From Candidatus Krumholzibacteriia bacterium (GTDB lineage: Bacteria > Krumholzibacteriota > Krumholzibacteriia > LZORAL124-64-63): DNA of 64,000 nucleotides. Below are positions 53,117-63,979 of this stretch, in pieces; position 1 is the stretch's first letter, and each line of letters begins with the position of its first letter. Location: positions 128,001 to 192,000 of the forward strand of contig JBFXKG010000005.1 of NCBI GenBank assembly GCA_050174015.1. The letters are read 5' to 3'. A program made the position numbers and the translations under genes. A model generated the notes under the pieces. That model was not told the origin of the DNA. It did not search any database and worked only from the letters and a program-made list of their open reading frames with translations.

Positions 53117-54931
53117 GTGAAGGAATCCCCGTTCGAGAGCCCCGGACAGCCCGCCGCGGGACCCGGAGGCATCCAGGTCCACCCTCACCGGGTGGCCCTG
53201 ATCTACGCCCTGGCGGGCATCCTCTGGATCCTGGTGACCGACCGGGTGGTCGGCTTCCTGTTTCCCGGCATCGATTCCCTGAAGTGGGCGCAGACGGTCA
53301 AGGGGCTCGCCTACGTCGCCGTCACCGCATTGCTGGTCTACTGGCTGGCCCGGCGCGCCGTGGCCGACGCCCGCGCCCGCTGGATGGCTGGTCGGCTCCG
53401 GGACGCCCTCGACCTCTCCGAAGCCCGTCATCGGGCCCTGGTGGACGCCATCCCCGATCTCGTCTGGCTGAAGGATCCCTCCGGGGTCTATCTCGGCTGC
53501 AATCCCACCTTCGAGCGGTTCTTCGGAGCTTCCGAGCGGGAGATCATCGGCAAGACCGATGAGGACTTCATGGATGGGGACCTGGCGCAATTCTTCCGCG
53601 GTCACGACCTCAGGGCCCTGGCGGCCGACGGTCCGGTCACCAACGAGGAATGGCTCACCTTCGCGGATTCGGGCTACCGCGGCCTGTTCGAGACCATCAA
53701 GACGCCCATGCGCGACCCTGCGGGGAACCTGATCGGCGTCCTGGGGATCTCCCGCGACATCACCCGCCGCACCGAACTCGAGCAGCAACTCCTTCAGGCC
53801 CAGAAGATGGAATCGGTGGGCCGGCTCGCCGGCGGCCTGGCCCACGACTTCAACAACATGCTGGGGGTCATCCTGGGCAACGCGGAGATGGCGATGGAAG
53901 GGCTGGATCCGGCGGATCCGCTCAGGGATCACCTCGCCGCGATCCACCGGGCCGGGAAGCGTTCGGCGGACCTCACGCGACAGTTGCTCGCCTTCGCCAG
54001 GAAGCAGACCATCGAACCGGTCGTCCTCGACCTCAACGAGGCCGTGGCGAACCTTCTCAAGATGATCGGCCGCATGATGAGGGAGGACATCGCCCTCGCC
54101 TGGCAGCCCGCCGGGGATCTCCCTCCCGTCAGGATGGATCCCGCCCAGATCGATCAGATCCTCGTCAACCTGGTGGTCAACGCGAGGGACGCCATCCTCG
54201 GGGCAGGGGCCATCACGATCCGGACCGAACGCGTCGACGTCACCGGCGACCGTTCCGGCGAACCCTTCGACGTGATGCCCGGTCGCTACGTGGTGCTGGG
54301 GGTGAAGGACGACGGCCCCGGAATGGACCGGGAGACCAGGAACAAGATCTTCGAGCCCTTCTTCACCACCAAGGCCCCGGGAGAGGGGACGGGTCTGGGA
54401 CTGCCCATGGTCTACGGCGTGGTGAAGCAGAACGGCGGGTTCATCCAGGTGGAGAGCGGGCCGGGCGCGGGCACGGAAATCAGGATCTTCCTGCCGGCGC
54501 ACGAGGGTCCGGTCGAGGCCGGGGCGGAAACCGTCGAGGCGGCGGGGATCCCGGGAGGAGCCGACAGCATCCTCCTGGTGGAGGACGAACCCATGTTGCT
54601 GGAACTGGGCCAGAGGATCCTGAGCGGACTCGGCTACCAGGTCGAAGCGACCGCAGATCCGCAGGAGGCCATGGAACTGATCGGCAGCGACCCCGGCCGC
54701 TTCAAGCTCCTGGTGACCGACGTCGTCATGCCCCGGATGAGCGGCCATGACCTGTGGCTCCGGGTCAGGGAAATGGACCGCGGTCTCCGCTGCCTGTTCA
54801 TGTCAGGTCACGCCTCGGACGTCCTGGACCTGCGGGTCGGTCCGGACATCGGGGTCCATTTCATCCAGAAGCCCTTCACGATCCGGACCCTGGGAGACAA
54901 GGTCCGGGAGGTTCTCGAGGATCCCGCGTAG
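53117..54931 (+). CDS. hybrid sensor kinase TM-PAS-HisKA-HATPase-REC
   Basis: two [33 protein letters not shown]. Confidence 0.93.
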   Translation: MKESPFESPGQPAAGPGGIQVHPHRVALIYALAGILWILVTDRVVGFLFPGIDSLKWAQTVKGLAYVAVTALLVYWLARRAVADARARWMAGRLRDALDLSEARHRALVDAIPDLVWLKDPSGVYLGCNPTFERFFGASEREIIGKTDEDFMDGDLAQFFRGHDLRALAADGPVTNEEWLTFADSGYRGLFETIKTPMRDPAGNLIGVLGISRDITRRTELEQQLLQAQKMESVGRLAGGLAHDFNNMLGVILGNAEMAMEGLDPADPLRDHLAAIHRAGKRSADLTRQLLAFARKQTIEPVVLDLNEAVANLLKMIGRMMREDIALAWQPAGDLPPVRMDPAQIDQILVNLVVNARDAILGAGAITIRTERVDVTGDRSGEPFDVMPGRYVVLGVKDDGPGMDRETRNKIFEPFFTTKAPGEGTGLGLPMVYGVVKQNGGFIQVESGPGAGTEIRIFLPAHEGPVEAGAETVEAAGIPGGADSILLVEDEPMLLELGQRILSGLGYQVEATADPQEAMELIGSDPGRFKLLVTDVVMPRMSGHDLWLRVREMDRGLRCLFMSGHASDVLDLRVGPDIGVHFIQKPFTIRTLGDKVREVLEDPA

Positions 54932-54934
54932 GGG

Positions 54935-55383
54935 TCCTCCCGCATCGTTGTCGGGGTTCGAAACGCCGACCGCTCTCGCCGTCCGGCAGGGTCAGGATCG
55001 TTTCTCCGGATTCGCCGAGCCCGGAGTAGTCGAAGGTCCAAGCCAGGAGATTGTCCACTCCCGAACGGATCACGATCACCCCGATGAAGCGCCCGTCCAG
55101 GAACCTGGGGCCGGACAGATGGACCCGCGGGGCGCCCTCGTCGTCGAGGTAAAGATGATCGACGACCGGACCGGCACTCCTCGAAAAAGACCCGGTCGAA
55201 ATGGGACTTCCCCACCATTTCCGGATCGGTGGAGGCGACGGCCGTCCCCAGGGGATCGTAGACCTCGATTCCGACCAGTTCGGCGATGGAGCCGGCCGCG
55301 TCGACCAGGATCCGATCCAGGCGTTCCCGGTCCTGATGCAGGATGGCGCCCAGGAACCTGGTCTGGAGCTTCCTGGCCGACAT
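54935..55383 (-). pseudogene. frameshifted Cache-type sensor domain remnant
   Basis: …VYDPLGTAVASTDPEMVG…FFEE in one frame continues as …FIGVIVIR…DYSGLGESGETIL in another frame (shift near 55170); no TM or output domain. Confidence 0.6.
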
Positions 55384-55548
55384 TCCGCCCTTCGCTCCGA
55401 GGGGGGCGCTGGTGGGAGATCCGCCTCCAATGCGTCTCAGCCTACCCGAAGAGGCGAGGAATCCCAGTGATTGTGGACACTCCGGGGGGGAAAAGCCCGG
55501 CCCGGAAGCCGTCCGGCTTCCGGGCCGGGGTCGTCGTGCGTCGGGTTG

Positions 55549-57558
55549 CTAGACCTCGATCATCTCGGATTCTTCCTCGAAGGTGCTGAAGTCCAGGTCG
55601 TCCAGGGGGATGACGGACGAGGGTTTCTTGGCCTTGGGGGCGGGGGCCGGTGCGCGGGTGACCGACTCGGGCTTGAGGACCTTGGCCTTCTGGGTCGTGT
55701 GGTGGAACACCGAATGGATCGACCTGGCGTCCTGCGCCTTCACGCCGGCATCGTCACCGCCCACCATGGTCAGGAGCTCCTTGACCGTGGAGTTGAGCTG
55801 CTCGGCCTGGCCGCTGAGCTCTTCGCTGGCCGAAGCGGACTCCTCGGCGCTGGCGGCGTTGGACTGGGTGATCTGGTCCATCTGGCCGACGGCCAGGTTG
55901 ATCTGATCGATCCCGTCGGCCTGCTCCCTGCTGGCCGAGGCGATCTCGGCGACCAGGCGGTTGACCTGAGTCGCAGCTTCGCCGATCTCGGCCAGGGCTT
56001 CCCCGACCTCCTTGCTGATCGCCACGCCGTTGTCCGCGTTGTTGACCGAGTTCTCGATCATCTCGGCGGTGTTCTTGGCGGCCTCGGCGGAGCGCTGGGC
56101 CAGGTTCCGGACTTCCTCGGCCACCACGGCGAAGCCCTTGCCCGCCTCGCCCGCCCGGGCTGCCTCGACGGCGGCGTTCAAAGCCAGCAGGTTGGTCTGG
56201 AAGGCGATCTCGTCGATGGTCTTGATGATCCGGGCCGTCGAATCGCTGGACTGCTTGATGTCGTCGATGGCCTTGCTCATGCGGGTCATGGCGGTGATGC
56301 CCTTTTCGGCGCTGGATTTGGCCGATTCGGACAGGTCGCGGGCCTGACCGGCGTTGGAGGCGTTCTGCTTGGTCATCGAGGACATCTCCTCGACGCTGGC
56401 CGCGGTCTCCTCGATTGCGGCCGCCTGGCGGCTCGCGCCCTCGGCCAGTTCCTGGCTGGCGGCCGAGACCTGGCCGGCGGCGCTGGCGGTCTGCTGGCTG
56501 CCGCTGGAAAGGCTGTCGATGATCCGGCGCAGGGGACCGACGATGGAACGGGTGATGAACACCGCGAGCACGATGCCCACGATCACGCCGATCCCCAGGC
56601 CCATCACCATGGTGGTCGATGCGGTCGAGAGCCGGTCGGTCGCGTCCTCGGCGATGTGCCTGGTGCCTTCCATGCCGGCGTTTGCCGTCTCCTGGGCCAC
56701 CTTCAGGACCTCCATGGCCGCGTCGGTCCGCTTGGCGCCGACCTTCTGGAGTTCCAGCCAGTTGGCGAGCAGGCTGTTCATGGCGGTCCGGTAACTGTCG
56801 GCCGCCTCCTCGGTGGACTGGATATTGCGGATGTCGACGTCCAGCCGGGTGATCTTGCGCAGTTCCGCGAACTTCTCCTTCATGACGCCGAAGTTCTTGT
56901 CTGCGGCCTCGATCAGGGAGGGGTCGCGCAGGGCCTGGCTCTTGAAGCAGGCGATCCGGGTGGCGTTGCCGACGTCGATGATGTCGTTGACCACGGTGAT
57001 CTTCACCAAGCGCTCGTTGAGCTTGTCCTGCGGGGCGCCCTCGAGGATTTCCTGCTTCATGGCCTCGTTCTGGGAAGCCAGGAAGGTGTTGCAGTTTTCG
57101 ATGTACTTCGCCGCCGAAGCGTCCAGGGCCTTGCGGTTCTCCGCCAGCTTGGCGTTGATCTCGACCGTCTGGGCCAGGAGGTCCTTGTAGCCGTCCACCG
57201 CCTGGCGGGTCTTCTGGACGGCGGGGCCCAGCTTGACGAGATGGGTGGCCCGGGCGGCCAGATCGTCGCAGGCCTCGAGGTAGGTGTCGACCTCCTCGAG
57301 GTGGGCCATGCCCTTCTTGTAGTAGGAATCCTCTTCGGTGAATCCGTAGCCGCGGATCTCGAACATGGTGAGCAGGGATTTGCGCTCGACGTGGCTGGAG
57401 AGTTCCACTTCCGGCACGTACTCGGTGGACAGGACGGTCGATTCCTCCTGGACGGACTTCATGTTGAAAACGGCAAGTCCGCCCAGCATCACGGCGATGG
57501 CAAGCAGGGATCCGAATCCCACGGCGATCTTGGTTCCGAGCTTCATCTTGTTGAGCAT
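55549..57558 (-). CDS. methyl-accepting chemotaxis protein
   Basis: two [36 protein letters not shown]. Confidence 0.96.
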   Translation of the reverse strand: MLNKMKLGTKIAVGFGSLLAIAVMLGGLAVFNMKSVQEESTVLSTEYVPEVELSSHVERKSLLTMFEIRGYGFTEEDSYYKKGMAHLEEVDTYLEACDDLAARATHLVKLGPAVQKTRQAVDGYKDLLAQTVEINAKLAENRKALDASAAKYIENCNTFLASQNEAMKQEILEGAPQDKLNERLVKITVVNDIIDVGNATRIACFKSQALRDPSLIEAADKNFGVMKEKFAELRKITRLDVDIRNIQSTEEAADSYRTAMNSLLANWLELQKVGAKRTDAAMEVLKVAQETANAGMEGTRHIAEDATDRLSTASTTMVMGLGIGVIVGIVLAVFITRSIVGPLRRIIDSLSSGSQQTASAAGQVSAASQELAEGASRQAAAIEETAASVEEMSSMTKQNASNAGQARDLSESAKSSAEKGITAMTRMSKAIDDIKQSSDSTARIIKTIDEIAFQTNLLALNAAVEAARAGEAGKGFAVVAEEVRNLAQRSAEAAKNTAEMIENSVNNADNGVAISKEVGEALAEIGEAATQVNRLVAEIASASREQADGIDQINLAVGQMDQITQSNAASAEESASASEELSGQAEQLNSTVKELLTMVGGDDAGVKAQDARSIHSVFHHTTQKAKVLKPESVTRAPAPAPKAKKPSSVIPLDDLDFSTFEEESEMIEV

Positions 57559-57631
57559 CGCGATTCCCTTTCTCCACTCGGTTTGAACACAGGTGCCGGA
57601 CCTCGGGCGAAGGGCCCAACCGATGGTCGTC

Positions 57632-58120
57632 TCAGGTCGCCGCCAGGATCTCCTCGACTTCCTCGGTCTCCAGGACCCTGTCGATGTCCAGGAGGATGGT
57701 GACCTTCTCGCCGTTCTTCCCCATCCCGAGGATGAATTCCGTGTCGACCTGGGGGCCGAATTCCGGAGGGGGTTCGATCTGTCCGGCGTCGATGTCCAGG
57801 ACCTCGGACACCTGATCCACCAGGATGCCGATCTCCTTGTCCCCGACGTGGGCCACGATGATGCAGGTCTCTTCCGTCGGCGGAACCTCGTCCATGCCGA
57901 ACTTCAACCGCAGATCGATGACCGGAACGACCTTGCCCCGCAGGTTGATCACGCCCTTGACGTGGGGGGGGGTCCGGGGAACGGAGGTCACGGTGATCAG
58001 CCCCATGATTTCCCGGATCTTGAGGATCTCGAGGCCGTAGAATCCCCCGTCCAGTTGAAAGGTGAGGAATTTTCCGGCTTTCAGCTGGATGTCGGCCCTG
58101 TCTTGGTTCGAGTGTGCCAA
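57632..58120 (-). CDS. cheW: chemotaxis coupling protein CheW
   Basis: [33 protein letters not shown] start after AGGAGG. Confidence 0.93.
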   Translation of the reverse strand: MAHSNQDRADIQLKAGKFLTFQLDGGFYGLEILKIREIMGLITVTSVPRTPPHVKGVINLRGKVVPVIDLRLKFGMDEVPPTEETCIIVAHVGDKEIGILVDQVSEVLDIDAGQIEPPPEFGPQVDTEFILGMGKNGEKVTILLDIDRVLETEEVEEILAAT

Positions 58121-58183
58121 TGCAGGCCTCCTTTGCTGGTTGGAACCATACAAGGTTACACGGATCAGCAACCTCGTGATCAC

Positions 58184-58210
58184 TTGTCGGGCCTGTACGG
58201 GAGATCTTTA
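58184..58210 (-). promoter_or_regulatory. sigma28 (FliA)-like promoter
   Basis: minus strand TAAA-N15-CCCGACAA (consensus TAAA-N15-GCCGATAA) upstream of cheW. Confidence 0.6.
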
Positions 58211-58267
58211 GAAAAAATGGAAAACGGATATCAAGAAGGTGGAGTGTGCCGGGAATCACCGCACGTC

Positions 58268-58295
58268 AAAAGGGCTGCCCGGGTGGGCAGCCCTT
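58268..58295 (-). terminator. intrinsic terminator
   Basis: AAGGGCTGCCC-GGGT-GGGCAGCCCTT; T run on the minus strand. Confidence 0.8.
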
Positions 58296-58324
58296 CCGGC
58301 CGGATTTCGTCTATCGAGGGGTCG

Positions 58325-58921
58325 TCACCGGAACAGGCTCTTGATCCCGCCCCAGGCGGCGGCGTCCACGTCCACCGCGTTCTCCTCGATGGCCACCAGG
58401 TCCAGGAACACGTCCGCCCCGTAGGATCCGTAGTAGTGGAAGCAGATGTCCACGTCGTTTTCCCCGCTGTGATTCGTCTGGCCCAGGTCGACCTCCACCA
58501 GGCCCCAGACCAGATCGAAGAGCGTCCAGTCCGTGCTCGAGTCGAAGACCACGTCGCCGCCGACGGTGACCCTCAGGCCGCCATTGACCGCGGGCGTGGT
58601 CATCAGGGCGAAGGAGAGGACGTCGTCGGCCGTGTAGGTCGTGTGGAAGCCCAGCTTCTCGTTCACGGGTTCGCCCATGATGTCCATGGGCGCATGGGCG
58701 CACTGGCTGCCCTCGTAACCGAAGTTGGACCAGATCCGCCAGGTCGAGCCCTCATTGGAGGTGGTCTGATACCAGCCGCTGGGGGGCATCCCCGCCTCGA
58801 AGCTCTCGCCGGCCAGCAGACCGGGGCTCTTGGCGTTCAGCGGGGTGACGGTGACCAGGGGGCCGGCGAGGGAGGAACCGGTGATCAGGAGGAAGGTCGC
58901 GATCAACAGGGATGTCTTCAT
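58325..58921 (-). CDS. secreted acidic protein with WGxxK tail
   Basis: signal peptide MKTSLLIATF…SLA; ESFEAGMPPSGW (jelly-roll/adhesin-like start); ends AAWGGIKSLFR. Confidence 0.85.
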   Translation of the reverse strand: MKTSLLIATFLLITGSSLAGPLVTVTPLNAKSPGLLAGESFEAGMPPSGWYQTTSNEGSTWRIWSNFGYEGSQCAHAPMDIMGEPVNEKLGFHTTYTADDVLSFALMTTPAVNGGLRVTVGGDVVFDSSTDWTLFDLVWGLVEVDLGQTNHSGENDVDICFHYYGSYGADVFLDLVAIEENAVDVDAAAWGGIKSLFR

Positions 58922-59033
58922 GATGTCTCTCCGGAGGATGTTGGGGCGCGTTGAAGTTGTCCTGGCAATTTTCGCATAATGACCTGAAAAATTCAAAAAT
59001 AAAAACCGAACGTTAAACTGGATGCAGTGGGTA

Positions 59034-60716
59034 TTATTTTGTGCCGCAATGCGTTATCGCGGTCGCCCGTTCCAGGGCCTCGTCGATGTTCCCGCAGAGG
59101 TTGTCCAGGCCGATCTCCTCCAGGAGACCGGCGTTCTTCAGGACGGTCAACGGCTGGGCGTGGATTCCCGAGAGGATCAGGGCCGTTCCCTCCCGTCTGG
59201 TCTTGACCACCAGGCTCTCCAGGGCGTGCAGGGCGGTGGCGTCCATGGCCATGACCTCCCGCAGGCGAAGGATGAGCACCCGGGGCGCCGTCTCGACCAT
59301 GAACATGGCGTCCTGGAACTTGCTGGCGGCTCCGAAGAAGAAAGGTCCGTAGATCTCGAAGACCTCCACCCCCTCGGGGACGGTCTTGCGGGAGATGGCC
59401 AGGGGATCGCCCTGGGCTTCCTCTTCCTTCAGCATCGAGGTGACGAATCCCGACTGGCTGAGACCGGCCATCCGGCGCATGAACAGGAAGGCCGCCAGGA
59501 CCATGCCCGCCTCGAGGGCGACCGCCAGGTCCACGATGACCGTCAGGCCGAAGGTGGTCATCAGCACCAGCACGTCGCTGCGGGGGCTGCGGAACAGGCG
59601 GACGAACAGGCGCCATTCGCTCATGTTGTAGGCGACGACCAGCAGGATGCCGGCCAGCGTCGCGATGGGGATCAGCCCGGCCCAGCGGCCCGCGAAGAGC
59701 ATGATGACCATCAGGGTCGCAGCGTGGACCATGCCGGCGACGGGAGTGCGGCCGCCGCTCTTGATGTTGGTGGCGGTCCGGGCGATGGCGCCGGTGGCGG
59801 GGATGCCCCCGAACAGGGGCGAGGCGATGTTGGCCACCCCCTGGGCCACGAGTTCCATGTCGGAGCGGTGGCGCGTGCCGGCCATGCCGTCGGCCACCAC
59901 GGCAGAAAGCAGGGATTCTATGGCCGCCAGCAGGGCGATGGTCAGGGCGGGGGAGAACATGGGCCGGATGGCCTCCCAGGACAGGTCGGGCAGCTGGGGA
60001 GCCGGCAGGCTCCGGGGCACCTCGCCGAAGCGGCTGCCGATGGTCTCGACGGGCAGGTGGAACAATGAGACGGCCAAGGTGGTGACCAGGATGGCCACGA
60101 GTGATCCGGGCACCTTGGGGGTGATGCGCCGCCACCAGACGACGATCACCACCGTCACGGTCCCCAGGGCGGCGGCCCAGGGGTTCCAGGTGTCCAGGTA
60201 GACCGAGTAGGCGGCCAGCTTGCCCAGGAAGTCGGCGGGCACAGCCTCCATCCGCAATCCCAGGAAGTCCCTGCCCTGGGAGGCCGCGATGATCAGGGCG
60301 ATGCCGGTGGTGAAGCCCACGGTCACGGGATAGGGGACGAACTTGATGACCGAGCCGAGGCCGGCCAGACCCATGACCACCAGGATGCCGCCGGCCATCA
60401 TGGTGGCGATGACCAGCCCGGAGTATCCGTGCTGCGCGACGATGCCGTAGACCACGACGATGAAGGCCCCGGTCGGCCCGCCGATCTGGACGCGGCTGCC
60501 GCCCAGCAGGGAGATCAGGAATCCGGCGATGATGGCGGTGTAGAGGCCCTGTTCGGGTTTGACCCCCGAGGCGATCGCGAAGGCGATGGCCAGGGGCAGG
60601 GCCACGATGCCGACGATCAATCCGGCGGTGGCGTCCTGGAGGAACAGGCGGCCGGAATAACCCTCGCGCAGGACGGTCGCGATCTTGGGCATCAGGCGGG
60701 TGGCCGGGCGGGTCAT
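59034..60716 (-). CDS. SulP/SLC26 anion permease with STAS domain
   Basis: GIVALPLAIAFAIASG, GGPTGAF, ATGAIART, GPFFFGAA. Confidence 0.93.
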   Translation of the reverse strand: MTRPATRLMPKIATVLREGYSGRLFLQDATAGLIVGIVALPLAIAFAIASGVKPEQGLYTAIIAGFLISLLGGSRVQIGGPTGAFIVVVYGIVAQHGYSGLVIATMMAGGILVVMGLAGLGSVIKFVPYPVTVGFTTGIALIIAASQGRDFLGLRMEAVPADFLGKLAAYSVYLDTWNPWAAALGTVTVVIVVWWRRITPKVPGSLVAILVTTLAVSLFHLPVETIGSRFGEVPRSLPAPQLPDLSWEAIRPMFSPALTIALLAAIESLLSAVVADGMAGTRHRSDMELVAQGVANIASPLFGGIPATGAIARTATNIKSGGRTPVAGMVHAATLMVIMLFAGRWAGLIPIATLAGILLVVAYNMSEWRLFVRLFRSPRSDVLVLMTTFGLTVIVDLAVALEAGMVLAAFLFMRRMAGLSQSGFVTSMLKEEEAQGDPLAISRKTVPEGVEVFEIYGPFFFGAASKFQDAMFMVETAPRVLILRLREVMAMDATALHALESLVVKTRREGTALILSGIHAQPLTVLKNAGLLEEIGLDNLCGNIDEALERATAITHCGTK

Positions 60717-60986
60717 GGAGCATCGGTCCGGCGAACAGGGGGCGGATGCCGGCCTCGGCGAGAGCGCGGGAGCCGGGGACACCAGGGAGCCGGCGGCCGG
60801 ACGGCGTCGGGGCGGGGTGTGCCGAAACGGCCGCCAATCTCATCCATTTTCCTCCGGATGACAAGCGGATATTATCAGGGGGTCCGGGGCCGCCCCTCGG
60901 AGGCCCGGATCCGGAGATACCCGGAACACCTGTTCGGAAGTCCCATCATGGGGAGGGGCGCATCACCTCCCCGGGAAGTGGTCGTC

Positions 60987-62087
60987 ATGAAGAAGTTGCT
61001 CGCCGTCATCGTTCTCGCGCATCTTGCCGGAGCCGTCCCGGCGGCCGCCGGATCCCTGGAAACGCGGCTCCAGGCCGTTCTGGAAACCTTCGCCGCCGCC
61101 AACCCATCCGCCCCTGGGGTGGTCGCCTGGGCGGTCTGTCCCGGTCAGGGCCTGGACTGGGCGGGGGCGGTGGGCTCGGCGAATCCGGAGACCGGGGAAT
61201 CCCTCACCACGACGCACACCTTCCGGATCGCCAGCAACACCAAGACCTACCTCGCGGCCGCCGTCCTGCTGCTGGCGGAGCAGGGCCGGCTGGGCCTGGA
61301 CGATCCCCTGGCCCGCCATCTGACGGGTGAGCGCCGGTCCCAGCTGGCCGCCGACGGCTATGACCCGGAGGCCATGACCATCGCCCAGGTCCTGGCCCAC
61401 ACCAGCGGGCTGTTCGAGCACCCGGCCGATCCGCGCTACGCGGAGGCGATCATGGCCGACCCCCATCACCGCTGGACCCCCGACGAGCAGGTCGCCCGGT
61501 GCATCGAGTGGGGAGACCCGGTGGGCGAGCCGGGGGAGGAGTTCTCCTACTCGGACACGGGGTACGTCCTGCTGGGGGAGATCGTGGCCCGGTACGCGGG
61601 AACGGAACTGGGTCCGGCGGTCCGCAGCCTGGTGGGTTTCGAGCGCCTGGGCCTGGATTCGACCTGGTGGGAGATCATGGAACCGGTGCCCGCGGGGGCC
61701 GGGCCGCGCGCCCACCAGTTCTACGGCGAGTTCGACACGTATGACTGGGACCCGTCCCTGGATCTCTACGGAGGCGGGGGCCTGGTCTGCGACGTCGGGG
61801 ACCTCGGGCTCTTCATCCGGCGACTGCTCAAGGGCGGGGTGCTGGGCCGGGAGTCCAGCCTGGCGGCGATGACCGGGCGGGGGACGGCCGGCTACCGGCT
61901 CGGCCTGATCTGCACCTCGCTGGCGGACCGCCAGGCCTGGGGGCACTCGGGGTTCTGGAACACCTTCGCCTACCACGTTCCGAGCCTGGACCTGACGGTG
62001 GCGGGGTGCGTCCTGGACCACTTCGCCGAGCGCGGCCAGGTGCTCGCGGACCGGCTGGTGGCGGCGGTGGCGGATGCGGATCGGTGA
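60987..62087 (+). CDS. secreted serine hydrolase (beta-lactamase/D-Ala carboxypeptidase family)
   Basis: signal peptide; FRIASNTK (SxxK), YSDTGY, GHSG. Confidence 0.88.
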   Translation: MKKLLAVIVLAHLAGAVPAAAGSLETRLQAVLETFAAANPSAPGVVAWAVCPGQGLDWAGAVGSANPETGESLTTTHTFRIASNTKTYLAAAVLLLAEQGRLGLDDPLARHLTGERRSQLAADGYDPEAMTIAQVLAHTSGLFEHPADPRYAEAIMADPHHRWTPDEQVARCIEWGDPVGEPGEEFSYSDTGYVLLGEIVARYAGTELGPAVRSLVGFERLGLDSTWWEIMEPVPAGAGPRAHQFYGEFDTYDWDPSLDLYGGGGLVCDVGDLGLFIRRLLKGGVLGRESSLAAMTGRGTAGYRLGLICTSLADRQAWGHSGFWNTFAYHVPSLDLTVAGCVLDHFAERGQVLADRLVAAVADADR

Positions 62088-62116
62088 GGCGGATCTTCGA
62101 GAGGTTCACTGGAACT

Positions 62117-62146
62117 TTGACTCGGGGGGGGTGTTGATGATAGAAT
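62117..62146 (+). promoter_or_regulatory. sigma70 promoter with a G8 tract in the spacer
   Basis: TTGACT-N18-TAGAAT, extended -10 TG; GGGGGGGG at 62124-62131. Confidence 0.65.
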
Positions 62147-62198
62147 GTCAGGAGCTGGGAGCCCCCGGTTCCTCGATGTTTCCTTCGACCCTCCGGAG

Positions 62199-62606
62199 AT
62201 GGTCCGACCCGTGTCACCTTCCCTGCGTCCTGTCCTGAGCCTGTTCGCCCTGGTCCTCATCCTGGGCGGGATGGTCTCGCACCCGGAGGACGGTCTCCGG
62301 GTTCCGGGGCAGCCTCAGGTCGGCGGCGCGGTCCCCGAGCAGGCCGGAACCTGTTGCCCCTGTCGGGATTGTCCCGATCGGGAGACGGCGCCCGCCTGTC
62401 CGAGCCGGCCGGTCCCCCGTTGCCCCTCGGAGTCATCCTGCGGCCGCTGCGGGGGATGGGGTCAGGTGGGGGTCTACCTGGTTCCTGCGGCCGTCGAGGT
62501 CCTCTCCGACCGGGGCCGTGAACACGTGCCTGCGGTCGTCGTGCAGGCCACGGACATGGCCCTGTCCCCGCCGGTGCCGCCTCCGCGGCGTCTCATTCCT
62601 TCCTGA
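62199..62606 (+). CDS. Cys-rich small exported protein ending in PPVPPPR (putative leader ORF)
   Basis: hydrophobic N-terminus; CCPCRDC, CGRC; Pro-rich end 40 bp before the next gene. Confidence 0.6.
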   Translation: MVRPVSPSLRPVLSLFALVLILGGMVSHPEDGLRVPGQPQVGGAVPEQAGTCCPCRDCPDRETAPACPSRPVPRCPSESSCGRCGGWGQVGVYLVPAAVEVLSDRGREHVPAVVVQATDMALSPPVPPPRRLIPS

Positions 62607-62646
62607 TCGATCCTTGCCACGAGAAACCCGTCGAAAGGATGAGACG

Positions 62647-63210
62647 ATGAAATCCAACATTCGCCTTTTCGCCCTGCTCGCCCTGCTTGCCGCTGCGGTC
62701 CTGGCCGTGGGGCTCGCCCTGGCCGGTGACGAACCCGCCAAGACCGGGGAGGCGGCCAAGACCTCGAGCGGATGCAGCGCGACCTGCAGTGCCACCTGCA
62801 CCGGCGAGGAGGCTGCCGCCAAGGTGGAGACTCCCGCGCCGGCAGTACCCGTCGAGGCCGGGGTCAAACCCGCCTGCGAGGGCCACGCCGCCCATGCGGT
62901 CCATGCGGTGCATGCCGCGCAGGACGGCGCCGCCGTGGCCTGCACCCATGAAGGCGCCTGTGCCTGCCCCCAGTGCAAGGACGGCAAGTGCGAGCCGGGC
63001 AAGTGCGATTGTTCCCAGTGCAAGGACGGCAAGTGCGTCTGCTCGCACACCGCCGAGGCCTGCAAGGCCCATGCGGAGGCCTGCGCCGGTCATGCCGCCG
63101 GGGGCGAAGCCCCGGCCGAGGCCACCCAGGCGGCCGTAACGACGACCGACGCCCCCAAGGCCGGCTGCGGCGGGTGCCCGTCGGCCAAGACCGGCTGCGG
63201 CGGGAAGTAG
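62647..63210 (+). CDS. secreted Cys/His-rich metallothionein-like protein
   Basis: signal peptide; 19 Cys and 8 His in 187 aa; QCKDGKC twice (24-bp DNA repeat at 62969 and 63014). Confidence 0.75.
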   Translation: MKSNIRLFALLALLAAAVLAVGLALAGDEPAKTGEAAKTSSGCSATCSATCTGEEAAAKVETPAPAVPVEAGVKPACEGHAAHAVHAVHAAQDGAAVACTHEGACACPQCKDGKCEPGKCDCSQCKDGKCVCSHTAEACKAHAEACAGHAAGGEAPAEATQAAVTTTDAPKAGCGGCPSAKTGCGGK

Positions 63211-63227
63211 GTTCTCCATCCGAACGC

Positions 63228-63259
63228 AAGGCGCCCCCCTGCCGGGGGGCGCCTTTTTT
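63228..63259. terminator. intrinsic terminator between convergent genes
   Basis: AAGGCGCCCCCC…GGGGGGCGCCTT followed by a T run. Confidence 0.85.
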
Positions 63260-63280
63260 GGGCCTCGGATGTGCGGAGGA

Positions 63281-63979
63281 TCAGAAGGTCAGGACGGCGC
63301 CCAGCTCGAAACGGGTCAGGTCCGTCTGGGATTCCGAAGGCCGGAAGATCGTGGTGCTGCCATCGACGGTGATGGATCCCTCGGTCAGGTACTCGGCCTC
63401 GCCGCCCTGACCGAACATGACCTTGGCGTCGATGAAGACCGTGGGCTTGTCCTTCCCGTCGCCTTCGCTGACCCTGATCTTCAATCCGCCGCCGACACCG
63501 TACTGCAGGGTGAAGTCGTCGAAGTTCACCTGCTCGGCGACGTCGTCGTCGTCCCACCAGTCGGCATCCACCAGCTTGGATTCGGTCCACAGGTACTGGC
63601 CGCCGAACCGGCCCTCGAGATAGGGGACGATTCCCCCGCGGGCCACGAGGTTGAACTGCCCGAGCAGGAAGAAACCGGCGATGTTGTTGTTGGTCTCGAT
63701 CTCGAAGTCGTCCACCAGGGGCAGGGTCTCCCTCCGGGTTTCGCTGCCGTAGATCACGTAATCGGCGCCGAGACCCAGGGAGAGCCTGGAGTTCATCGCA
63801 TAGGCGTAATGGGCGATGATGCCGAATCCGGGGTCGTCCACGGTGTCGCCGAACTCCCCGGCGGGAGCCGCGAGTTCCAGCCGGATCCCGGCTTCGTGCT
63901 GGGCGTCCGCAGGGGTGGCGGCCGCGCCCAGGAGCGCCGCGCAGGCCATCGTCAAAGTCAATCGGGTTATGGTCGGCAT
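63281..63979 (-). CDS. outer-membrane beta-barrel protein
   Basis: signal peptide; alternating amphipathic strands; ends FELGAVLTF (BAM-type terminal Phe). Confidence 0.8.
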   Translation of the reverse strand: MPTITRLTLTMACAALLGAAATPADAQHEAGIRLELAAPAGEFGDTVDDPGFGIIAHYAYAMNSRLSLGLGADYVIYGSETRRETLPLVDDFEIETNNNIAGFFLLGQFNLVARGGIVPYLEGRFGGQYLWTESKLVDADWWDDDDVAEQVNFDDFTLQYGVGGGLKIRVSEGDGKDKPTVFIDAKVMFGQGGEAEYLTEGSITVDGSTTIFRPSESQTDLTRFELGAVLTF

